Origin: an uncultured Gemmatimonadales bacterium
GTDB taxonomy: Bacteria; Gemmatimonadota; Gemmatimonadetes; Longimicrobiales; RSA9
NCBI GenBank assembly: GCA_963798085.1
Contig: CAWCRS010000005.1
Coordinates: 13,880 to 77,879, forward strand
Reading direction: 5' to 3'
DNA length: 64,000 nt
Shown in pieces: positions 41,370 to 52,545 of the stretch (its first letter is position 1; the number at the start of each line of letters is the position of its first letter). The notes beneath the pieces are model-generated. The model did no database searches. It saw only the letters and a program-made list of their open reading frames with translations, and had not been told where the DNA came from. A program made the position numbers and the translations under genes.

Positions 41370-41705
41370 TCAGTCGTGTGCCGGACGCAGCCCCGCGACG
41401 ATTCCGGGCAGCCGCGCGTGGGCGTTGTCGCACCCGGCACCGCTGCGCTCGAGGCGGATGATCAGCGTCATATGGCCCGGCCCGTCTTCCGTCATGGCGA
41501 GCGCCCACTGGCAGCCGCAGGCGAGCGGCTGCACGGGCGCCAGCTCCATACAAGCCAGCGCGCGCGCGTACAGCCTGGACTGCGCGAGATATTCCTCCCG
41601 CATATCGCCGGCACCGTGCTTTTCGGAGAGCCAGCCTGCGCGGTCGCGCAGGTTTTCCAGCTCGCGGCGCACGCGAGCCGTCGCCGCCGCCTCTGGCGCA
41701 CTCAT
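41370..41705 (-). CDS. Hypothetical protein (about 111 aa)
   Basis: ATG 41703-41705, 'MSAPEAAATARVRRELENLRDRAGWLSEKHG...'. The composition is coding-like, but no family is recognised. Confidence 0.3.
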   Translation of the reverse strand: MSAPEAAATARVRRELENLRDRAGWLSEKHGAGDMREEYLAQSRLYARALACMELAPVQPLACGCQWALAMTEDGPGHMTLIIRLERSGAGCDNAHARLPGIVAGLRPAHD

Positions 41706-42018
41706 GTGCCTGCCCCGGGCGTTACGCCCTGTTCGAACCCTCGTCGGTTCCGCGACGAGCCGGCGGCGCGATGCCGCGGGCCCGCGTCTCAGCGCCCTGA
41801 AGATGGGGAGCCCCTCTGACAGCGCCGCCGCCCTTGCAGGCGGTCCGTGCACTGCTGCGGCGTGGGCGGCAAGCGGATCGACTTGGTGGGCGCCCTTACT
41901 CGCTATACCTTGAACGAGCGGTCCTGTGGAACGTTCGCCGGCAGATCAGCGTCGCGCGCGGGCTGAGGCGCGCAGTGGTGCAACAGGAGAACTCGAACCC
42001 ACTCCCGGGGTTGCTGCG

Positions 42019-42432
42019 ATGCCCGTTTCCTACGCGGTCCATTCGGACCTTTGCCTGATTCGCACGCGGTGCAGCGGGCACACGACTCTGGCGGAAGTGC
42101 TGGCCCACTTCCAGGAGCTCAGGAGCACACCTTCGTTGCCCCAGCCTCTCGACGTGCATCTCGATCTCAGCGGATTGACGTCAAAGCCGACGCTCGACCA
42201 GATCGAGGCTGCAGCGGGCAGGACGGCATCACTCGCGCCCACACTGCGCTGGGGCGCGCTCGCCATTGTGGTAGACACGGAAAGCGCTCGGGAAACGAGC
42301 ATGCTCTACGAAGCCCTCATCCGCCACTACTTCGAGCGCATCGGGGTTTTTCGGAAGCCGGCCGACGCAGAGGCCTGGTTGGCGTCGGTGCGCGAGGAAC
42401 GAGGCCCTGACGCCGGGGATCGCCATCGCTGA
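42019..42432 (+). CDS. Hypothetical protein, possibly STAS/SpoIIAA-like fold
   Basis: ATG 42019, 'MPVSYAVHSDLCLIRTRCSGHTTLAEVLAHFQELRSTPSLPQPLDVHLDLSGLTS...VFRKPADAEAWL'. The pattern resembles small STAS-like proteins (weak, from memory). Confidence 0.4.
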   Translation: MPVSYAVHSDLCLIRTRCSGHTTLAEVLAHFQELRSTPSLPQPLDVHLDLSGLTSKPTLDQIEAAAGRTASLAPTLRWGALAIVVDTESARETSMLYEALIRHYFERIGVFRKPADAEAWLASVREERGPDAGDRHR

Positions 42433-42497
42433 GCGGCAGCGCGCCCGCGGTCGCTCTGCCGTGTCGCCCGATTCCCGGTTCGCGCAATGGTGGAGAA

Positions 42498-42570
42498 TGG
42501 AGCGTACCGGGATCGAACCGGTGACCTTCTGGTTGCAAACCAGACGCTCTCCCAGCTGAGCTAACGCCCC
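42498..42570 (-). tRNA. tRNA-Ala: tRNA-Ala (anticodon UGC)
   Basis: The minus strand reads 'GGGGCGTTAGCTCAGCTGGGAGAGCGTCTGGTTTGCAACCAGAAGGTCACCGGTTCGATCCCGGTACGCTCCA'. It has a 7-bp acceptor stem with the G3:U70 Ala identity pair, anticodon loop 'tTTGCAa', and a 'GGTTCGATCC' T-arm. CCA is not encoded. Confidence 0.92.
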
Positions 42571-42702
42571 GACGCACGCGTTTCGCGAATGATCACGAGT
42601 ATCGCACGCGCGCAGGACGACGTTAATGGGCGAGGAGATGCGATCAAGCCGGAGCGCCCGCGTTGCTGCGCACGAGCACGTAGCAACGATCTTCCGACTG
42701 AT

Positions 42703-43558
42703 TCAGGCGCTGCGGCCTCGTCGTGTGGGGCGAATCTCTTCGCGGCGGCGGCGAGCGGCCTGCAGGAGGATGGCTGCGGTCAGCTCGGCGTCCTCGACGA
42801 GGATGAAGCCGCGCGCGCTGTCGACGGATTCATCGAGGCGAAGGCCGTCGGCGAAGAGCACGACACTCTCGAGTCGTGCGTGCGGGATGCTGACTGTGCG
42901 CTTGGCGCCCTGAAACAGCGTACGGCGACTGGTGACGACGAACATGCCGAGGTCGACGGGCAGGATTTCCTCGTTGGGACGCAGCGCGGCACGGTGGCCC
43001 GCGGCGGAGAACCGGCGCCCGCCGGTCACGGCCAGGGTCACACCCTGCGGCTCGAGGCGGGGACGGCCGGGCATCTCCAGTCGGTCGGCAAGCGAGGCCT
43101 GCACCACCCAGTGACAGACTTCGCGTGGCACGAGCGGCAACGGCGATTCGACGGTGGGCAGTTCGCCCGCTTCAACCCGGGCCAGCAGCCGCAGGCGGGC
43201 CAGCCGATTCACATCCTCGCCCAGATCCTCCTCGCTCAGGCCGAGCTGCTGCTGCAGCCGGATCAGCTGCTGATCCTCTTCCGGCGTGAGACGCGCATCG
43301 GCCAGCGCGCTACGCAGCGCGCCACGGTCAGATGGCGCGCGCCACCATGCGCACCTCGGCGTGCGTGAGGTCACGCTCCGCGCGGATGCGTTCCAGTTCG
43401 GCGATTTCTTCCGGCGCGAGCGTGCCATCGGCGAGCGCGTTCTCGAGCGTGCGACGATAGAGACGGCGGGCGGCACGGCGACGCTGCAGCACCCAGAAGA
43501 CACCGCAACCGGCCAGCACGGCCGTGAATGCTGCGGCGAGTGCGATTGGTCCATTCAC
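42703..43558 (-). CDS. Membrane-anchored protein with C-terminal bacterial-PH-like domain, frameshifted at about 43330
   Basis: The N-terminal TM helix and 'LAPEEIAELERIRAERDL' are in ORF 43328..43558. It continues in ORF 42703..43554 from 'DRGALRSALADARLTPEEDQQLIRLQQQLGL'. The C-terminal 'MFVVTSRRTLFQGAKRTVSIPHARLESV' resembles bPH/YokE-type domains (weak). Confidence 0.45.
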
Positions 43559-43788
43559 AGCCGGATGCTAATGCGCGCGGCCGGACGCGGGCAACTGGCC
43601 CGGGACGACCGTAATCGGCCGGGCCGGCCTCGCCTGCGCGGGCGATGGCCTCATATCGAAGCCCGACGGAGAGTTACCCAGCCGTCATGGCGGGCGTGCG
43701 AATCGGCTTCCGCCGGCATTGGACCGGCCGTAGCTTGCTCCCAGCGGCCGAGGGATGGCCGGCGGACAGCCACCTGGATGGAGGATGC

Positions 43789-44463
43789 ATGCGCGCGATG
43801 ATCGCAGTGGTGGGTATGCTGGCACTGGCGGCGCCGCTGGCGGCGCAGGGTCACATGGGTGATCCAACGAAGAAGATCGAAGGCGGCGGTGTGTTTCCGC
43901 CGGGCTGGCACGCCCGCGTGGATCAGGCCAGCGAATCGACCGACCAGGTCAAGTTCGTGACGATGGGCAGCGGTTACCACGTCACCCTGGGCCCGCACAC
44001 CATCCTGTGGAACGCTACTAACACAGCGTCAGGAAGCTATCGCGTGACCGCGCAGTTCGCAGGCGTGCTGCAGCCCGCAGGGCATGGCGCGGGCGGTGAA
44101 TCCTACGGTCTCATCTTCGGCGGCTCGAACCTGGACAGGGACAACCAGACCTACTTCTACTTCATCATCCACAAGAGTGGCGAGTGGGAGCTGCGGCATC
44201 GCGCGGGCGCGGCGGTGCACGATGTGCAGACGTGGACCGCGAACCCGGCCATCCAGGCGGCGGACGCGTCCAGCAAGCAGACAAATACGCTGTCAGTGGA
44301 AGTGGGCGCGGACAAGGTGCGCCTGCTGGCCAACGGCAGGGAAGTGGGCAGCCTGGACCGCAGCCAGCTGGAAGCCATGAGCCCGCTGAACGGCATCGCC
44401 GGTATGCGCTTCAGCCACAACCTCAATGGGCACATCGGCAGCTTCACCGTGGAAAAGATGTAG
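43789..44463 (+). CDS. Secreted hypothetical protein (possible ConA-like beta-sandwich)
   Basis: ATG 43789 preceded by 'ggagg', signal peptide 'VVGMLALAAPLAAQ', and a beta-rich sequence. The functional call is weak. Confidence 0.5.
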   Translation: MRAMIAVVGMLALAAPLAAQGHMGDPTKKIEGGGVFPPGWHARVDQASESTDQVKFVTMGSGYHVTLGPHTILWNATNTASGSYRVTAQFAGVLQPAGHGAGGESYGLIFGGSNLDRDNQTYFYFIIHKSGEWELRHRAGAAVHDVQTWTANPAIQAADASSKQTNTLSVEVGADKVRLLANGREVGSLDRSQLEAMSPLNGIAGMRFSHNLNGHIGSFTVEKM

Positions 44464-44474
44464 GCGACGACGCC

Positions 44475-45593
44475 ATGACACAGCCTCGTACGGTGCACGA
44501 GCTGACGACGCCCGCCGGACTGGTGGACGTCGACCGCATGCGCGCCAACCTGGATCGGCTGGCTGAGTACACGCGGGTTCACGGGCTGGCGCTGCGACCG
44601 CACATCAAGACGCACAAGGTGCCGGCGCTGGCCCGCGAGCAGCTGCGCCGCGGCGCGGCGGGTCTGACGGTCGCCACACTGCACGAAGCGCGCTGCATGT
44701 CCGCGGTGGCGGACGACATTCTCATGGCGTACCCGCCTGTGGGACGCGTGCGGCTGAACGGCATCGTCGCGCTGCCGGAACCCGTGCGCGTGACGGTGGG
44801 CCTGGACTCGACCAGCGCACTCGACGCGCTTTCGGTCGCGGCGGCCGCGGCGGGCCGCACCATTGGCGTCTATGTCGAAATGGATGTGGGTATGCACCGT
44901 GTGGGATTGCCGCGCACGCAGGACGTGGTGCAGCTGGCGCAGCGCGCGATCGATGCGCGCGGCATCGCCTATCGCGGCGTGATGTTCTATCCGGGTCACA
45001 TTCGCCAGCGTGTCGAGGAGCAGACTCCCTGGCAGCAGCGGCTTTCGCAGGATCTGGCAGAGCGGCTGGATGCGCTGCGTGCGGCAGGGCTGACGCCGGC
45101 GGCGGTGAGCGGCGGCTCGACGCCCACCGCATATTCCTCGCACGAAGTCGCGGGCCTGACCGAGATCCGGCCCGGCACGTACATCTTCAACGATCGCGGC
45201 ACGGCGGAGATCGGTGCGTGCACAGCCGATGACTGCGCCTACACCGTGCTCGCCACGGTGGTAAGCACGGCAGTGCCCGGCCAGGCCGTGGTGGATGCCG
45301 GCTCGAAGGCGATCGGCCGGGAGCCGGTGCGCGGTGCGGAAGGCGAAGGCTATGGCGCACTGCTCGACAGACCCGAGGTGCTGGTGCGCAGCATGAGCGA
45401 GGAGCACGGCATTCTCGATCTGACGCAGAGCGACTGGCGGCCGGCCGTGGGCGACCTCGTGCGCATCGTCCCCAACCACGTCTGCTATTCGGTGAATCTC
45501 CAGCCCATCCTCTGGGCCGTGCAGGGCAATGTGGTGACGGACCAGTGGGAAGTCGCGGCCCGCGGCTGGACCGAAGCGCGGCCCGCCGCCTGA
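44475..45593 (+). CDS. PLP-dependent D-amino-acid aldolase/dehydratase (alanine racemase N-domain, DSD1/D-threonine aldolase family)
   Basis: ATG 44475. 'LRPHIKTHK' (PLP-lysine motif of this family), 'YPGH', and C-terminal 'SEEHGIL...GDLVRIVPNHVC'. Confidence 0.7.
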   Translation: MTQPRTVHELTTPAGLVDVDRMRANLDRLAEYTRVHGLALRPHIKTHKVPALAREQLRRGAAGLTVATLHEARCMSAVADDILMAYPPVGRVRLNGIVALPEPVRVTVGLDSTSALDALSVAAAAAGRTIGVYVEMDVGMHRVGLPRTQDVVQLAQRAIDARGIAYRGVMFYPGHIRQRVEEQTPWQQRLSQDLAERLDALRAAGLTPAAVSGGSTPTAYSSHEVAGLTEIRPGTYIFNDRGTAEIGACTADDCAYTVLATVVSTAVPGQAVVDAGSKAIGREPVRGAEGEGYGALLDRPEVLVRSMSEEHGILDLTQSDWRPAVGDLVRIVPNHVCYSVNLQPILWAVQGNVVTDQWEVAARGWTEARPAA

Positions 45594-45814
45594 GCCTCTC
45601 CTAACACGATCCTTGCAGGCGACGCCGCCGCTTTGCGTTCGCGTCTGTCCCGCGACCGGCACAGCGGAGTGACACCGTTTCCGGTCAGTGCGAGGCGCAC
45701 GGGCCCGCAGATCGATTCGTGCAACCACCTGCCCTGCAACGAAATACGGTCCACGACCGGGGCAAGGAACGGGCCCTGCCCTGAAGCCGGGTGCACTCGC
45801 ACGAGGGAGGAGCA

Positions 45815-46426
45815 ATGAGCACTCGACGTTTGGTTCTGATGACGACGGCACTCACAGTCTCGCTGGCGGCGCCGGTGCTGGCGCAGGGGCGGGACACCCA
45901 TGCAGAGCGGGCGCGCCAGGGACAGGCGACCGGTGTGATGGTGCCGCGCGGTGATAGTCGAGCCGATGGCGATCGGGATGAATGCGATGACAACGACCGC
46001 GCCCGGAATCGTGATCGCGACGCGGGCTCGCACGACTGGAACGATGCCGACGGCCGGCGCGACCGGCATGACAGCGACTGCAACGTGGTCGCCGAACGCC
46101 GGGACGGCCGCTACCCCGCGCGCTACGATGCTCGCAGCGTGTTAGTGCGGGAGCACGCGCAGCTGCTGGAGCGCCTGGAGCGCGAACACGAGCAGTGGCA
46201 TCGCGAGCACGGCTGGGTTGCCCGCAATCCCGGCTGGGAGCGTGCCCATGCGAAACTGCACGAGCGGCTGGAGCGCGAACACGAGCGCTTCCATCGGTCG
46301 CGCGCCGTGGGCTATCGCCTGCCCGGCGACCGCCGGCAGGGCTCTGCGGCCTGGGGTTTCATCCAGCCGGGGCTTCGGATCGGTGTCGTGGTGGAGGCCG
46401 GGAGTCAGGGCCGGCGAGAGCACTGA
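45815..46426 (+). CDS. Secreted charged protein with internal His/Glu/Arg repeat
   Basis: ATG 45815 preceded by 'gggagg', signal peptide 'ALTVSLAAPVLAQ'. A D/R-rich region is followed by two copies of '(E/A)HA.L.ERLEREHE..H'. Confidence 0.5.
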   Translation: MSTRRLVLMTTALTVSLAAPVLAQGRDTHAERARQGQATGVMVPRGDSRADGDRDECDDNDRARNRDRDAGSHDWNDADGRRDRHDSDCNVVAERRDGRYPARYDARSVLVREHAQLLERLEREHEQWHREHGWVARNPGWERAHAKLHERLEREHERFHRSRAVGYRLPGDRRQGSAAWGFIQPGLRIGVVVEAGSQGRREH

Positions 46427-46471
46427 TCAGCGGGCACTCGAGTCTCGCGCGTTCCGGAGCGGAGGCTGGAG

Positions 46472-46507
46472 AGCGGAGGTGGAGGCGACGACGCTTCCAC
46501 CTCCGCT
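46472..46507. terminator. Strong hairpin between convergent genes
   Basis: 12 perfect bp (agcggaggtgga/tccacctccgct), extendable to about 15 bp, with loop 'gacgac'. It lies between the stops at 46426 and 46512. Confidence 0.45.
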
Positions 46508-46511
46508 GCCG

Positions 46512-49309
<2,798 letters not shown>

Positions 49310-49566
49310 TGCAGGCTTCCCTTCCCGACCCGAAGAAGACGTCGTGCAGCGTCGTCGCCCGTGATGTTCTGCAATACCCCGCTGCGCCCGTGAGGAGGCA
49401 GGCGCAGCCGCGCCAATTATGTTGCCGCTGCCGCGGCCCGGCCAGCCTCGGCCCGCGCAGCGGGGCGCGGCCGCGCGTCGGGGCCGGCCGGCGCTTACTT
49501 GCGCGCGCCGTCGCTGCGGTTAGCATTCCGGCAGACGAACCAGCGACACCCACAGCGGCCAGCCCA

Positions 49567-50762
49567 ATGAACCGCACCGCCCGGCGCACGCACGGCTTCA
49601 CAGAATCCGTGATCCGCGACATGACGCGCGTAGCGAACGAGGCCGGCGCCATCAATCTGGCGCAGGGCTTTCCGGATTTTCCGGCTCCCGATGTGTTGAA
49701 GGAAGCCGCGTGCGCTGCGATTCGTGCGGACGTGAATCAGTACGCCGTCACGTGGGGCACGCCGCGGCTGCGTCGTGCGCTGGCCGCGAAGTATGCGCGC
49801 GACTACGGCATGGAAGTGGATCGAGGCGAGGGAAGTCACGGTGACGTGCGGCGCGACGGAAGCCATGGCCGCGGCGCTGATGGCGGTGATCGATCCCGGT
49901 GACGAAGTCATCATCTTCGAGCCGTTCTACGAGAACTACGGGCCCGACGCCATCCTCTGTGACGCCCGCCCCGTCTGGGTGCCGCTCGGATGCATCCGGC
50001 GCTCTGGACATCGAGCGCATCCGCGCAGCCATATCGCCGCGCACGCGCGCCATTGTGATCAATTCGCCCAACAACCCCACAGGCCGCGTATTCGACCGCG
50101 CCGAGCTGGAAGCGATCGCCGAGCTGTGCCGTGCGCACGATCTGCTGGCGATCACGGACGAGATCTACGAACACATCCGTTATGATGCCGAGCACGTGCC
50201 GATGGCCACGCTGCCGGGCATGCGCGAGCGCACCATCACGATCAGCGGTTTCTCCAAGACGTTCAGCATCACCGGCTGGCGCGTGGGCACGATCGTCGCG
50301 CCGCCCGACATCACACAGGCCATCCGCAAGGTGCATGACTTCCTGACCGTGGGCTCGCCTGCGCCGCTGCAGGAAGCCTGTGCCGTCGCGCTGGAAACCA
50401 TCGGCCGGGAATACTACGACAACATGGCGCAGGAGTATCGCGAGCGGCGCGACGTGCTCTATGGCGCACTGTTAGCCGCCGGCTTCCGCTGCGCACCGCC
50501 GGGTGGCGCGTACTACATCCTGGCGGACTTCTCTGCGCTGAGCACGCGCGATGACGTGAGTTACTCGAAGTGGCTGGCGCGCGGCGGCGCGGATGGTGGC
50601 GACGCGTCACGGGGCGGCGGCGTCGCGCCGGTTCCGGGTTCGAGCTTCTTCCATGACCCGGCCATGGGCCGGCACCTGGTCCGCTTCGCTTTCTGCAAGC
50701 GCGTCGAGACCCTGCGCTCCGCCGGCTCCCGCCTCTGCGCCATCGCGCGCGATCCCTTCTGA
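49567..50762 (+). pseudogene. Class I/II PLP aminotransferase (YbdL/kynurenine-aspartate type) with at least 2 frameshifts
   Basis: ATG 49567 ('MNRTARRTHGFTESVIRDMTRVANEAGAINLAQGFPDF'). Frame changes occur at about 49815 ('gat c gag') and about 49985 ('ctc g gat'). 'NSPNNPTG' and the PLP lysine 'SGFSKTFSITGWRVG' are in ORF 49899..50762. Confidence 0.8.
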
Positions 50763-50928
50763 GATCCCGCCAGGCGAAACAGCACGTCCATCGCTGCTAA
50801 AGCACACCTGCACAGGCGTCGATCCTAAGACCGACGCCAGCCGGCAATGGAGATGCCGGCGCGGTGTCAGGGGCCGGCCCCCTGGTCACACCGATACCGG
50901 CCTCGATCGAAATACTGAGGGAGCACTC

Positions 50929-51678
50929 ATGAAGCGAGTCCTGTTCGCGACCCTCGCAGTGGTCGCGTTTTGCCCGGCGCTGGCGCAGGCGCAGTTCCAG
51001 CCCGATTTCGGAAAGCCCTCGTACGGCCCCCGCTTCCGCATCATGCCCTTCTTCGGCATCGCGGCGCCCACCCGCCGGCACGAGCGCTGGCAGGTGGCGG
51101 GTCCGTCCGGCACGGTCACCGGCAACTTCAATGTGGATCTGGCGGCGGGTCCGCTCGGCGGTGTCTCGTTCGAGTACCGCGCGCTGGACCGTTTCGCCAT
51201 TGTCGCGTCCGGCAGCTACCTGTCCCGTGGACGCACCACGGAAGTCACACTCGCGGACGATCGCCAGTATCAGCACGAGGGCAGCAACTTTCTGCTGACC
51301 AAGGTGGCGCTGGCGCTGCACCTGAACGAGCAGACCTCCGAGCTGCAAATGCACAGCCTCTCGGCCACGATCTTCGTGGGCCCGTCGTTCATTCACGAAA
51401 TGCCCAAGAACGACGTGCTGGCGGATGCCGCACTGCTGCAGCCGCTGACCTATTACGGCGCCGACTTCGGTCTGGATACGGAAGTGCCGCTGCCGTGGAG
51501 CGGCCTCACCTTCCAGGCGGGCATCGAGGACTTCCTCGTGATGTGGGACAACGCCGAGCTGGCGCGCCGCAACGATCAGGTGTTCGCGAAAAACGGTCTG
51601 CAGACGCAGTCCTACGTCGAGACCGATGCATCGCACAACCTGGTATTCCGCGCGGGGCTGGCGATCCGCTTCCACTAA
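50929..51678 (+). CDS. Outer membrane beta-barrel protein
   Basis: ATG 50929, signal peptide 'LAVVAFCPALAQAQ', alternating beta-strand pattern, and a C-terminus 'FRAGLAIRFH' with a near-terminal aromatic residue. Confidence 0.6.
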   Translation: MKRVLFATLAVVAFCPALAQAQFQPDFGKPSYGPRFRIMPFFGIAAPTRRHERWQVAGPSGTVTGNFNVDLAAGPLGGVSFEYRALDRFAIVASGSYLSRGRTTEVTLADDRQYQHEGSNFLLTKVALALHLNEQTSELQMHSLSATIFVGPSFIHEMPKNDVLADAALLQPLTYYGADFGLDTEVPLPWSGLTFQAGIEDFLVMWDNAELARRNDQVFAKNGLQTQSYVETDASHNLVFRAGLAIRFH

Positions 51679-51806
51679 CACGCTGTCTGCAGTACCGACG
51701 GAACGGGCGGCCCTGCCGGACGGGGTCGCCCGCTTCGCGTTTCCACACCACGCCCCGGGCCGGTGCCGCGGCGGCCCAGCACGGCCGAGCCCGATCGGCC
51801 GCTCGC

Positions 51807-52469
51807 CTACAATGGCTCGATGCAGGCCGGTGTGTCGTTGGCGGCGTTGTTGACCGCAGCCGAAACCGCGTACGCGGTGAGGTCGTCGCCCGTGTACGGA
51901 TGCAGCAGGCGACGAAGCTCTTCCACGTCCGCGGCGGGATCCAGCCAGCGCTCGCGCTCTGCCGGCGTGAGCATCACGGGCATGCGATCGTGCACCGGTG
52001 CGACCACGGGGTTGGCATCGGTGGTCACAATGGCACAGCTGTAGAGCGGCTCGGCTGCCTCGCCCTGCCAGCGTTCCCAGAGGCCGGCGAAGGCGAACAG
52101 CCTGTTATCATTCAGGTGGAAGCGGAAGGGCTGGCTGCGGCCCTCCGCGCGGCGCCACTCGTAGAAACCGTCGGCCACGATGAGGCAGCGGCGCTGCTGG
52201 AAGGCCTCGCGGAAGACGCGGCGCAGCAGCAGGGTTTCGGCGCGCGCGTTGATGGTGTGCTGCACGCGCTTCGGGTCTTCCGCCCACCAGGGCACGAGAC
52301 CCCAGCGCAGGAACGAGAGCTTGCGCTCGCCCTTCGCATCCTGGCCTGCCACGGGCACGGACTGGCTGGGCGCAATGTTGTAATGCGGCTGATAGTCGGG
52401 CGGCACTTCCACGCCAAACTCATCGGCGATCTCACTGGCGTCACTGGTGAGCGTGTAGCGGCCGCACAT
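51807..52469 (-). CDS. yedK: SOS response-associated peptidase (SRAP/YedK, abasic-site processing)
   Basis: Start at 'MCGRY' (catalytic Cys2; ATG 52467-52469). 'HYNIAPSQ', 'LRWGLVPWW', 'INARAETL', 'CLIVADGFYEW', 'IVTTDANP...HDRMPV'. Confidence 0.85.
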   Translation of the reverse strand: MCGRYTLTSDASEIADEFGVEVPPDYQPHYNIAPSQSVPVAGQDAKGERKLSFLRWGLVPWWAEDPKRVQHTINARAETLLLRRVFREAFQQRRCLIVADGFYEWRRAEGRSQPFRFHLNDNRLFAFAGLWERWQGEAAEPLYSCAIVTTDANPVVAPVHDRMPVMLTPAERERWLDPAADVEELRRLLHPYTGDDLTAYAVSAAVNNAANDTPACIEPL

Positions 52470-52545
52470 GTCGTTTCCCCATGGAGCGCGAGGCACGAAG
52501 GGCGGCTGCCCCTCGTGCCTCGCCGTTAGCAGCGGGTGCGGCGAA

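Noticed and set aside
40739-42570. Genomic island integrated at the tRNA-Ala gene
   Set aside because: The region next to the tRNA 3' end has small hypothetical ORFs and odd repeats. However, I found no second copy of the tRNA 3' segment ('gggatcgaaccggtgacc') acting as an att site, no integrase or recombinase, and no sustained composition shift.
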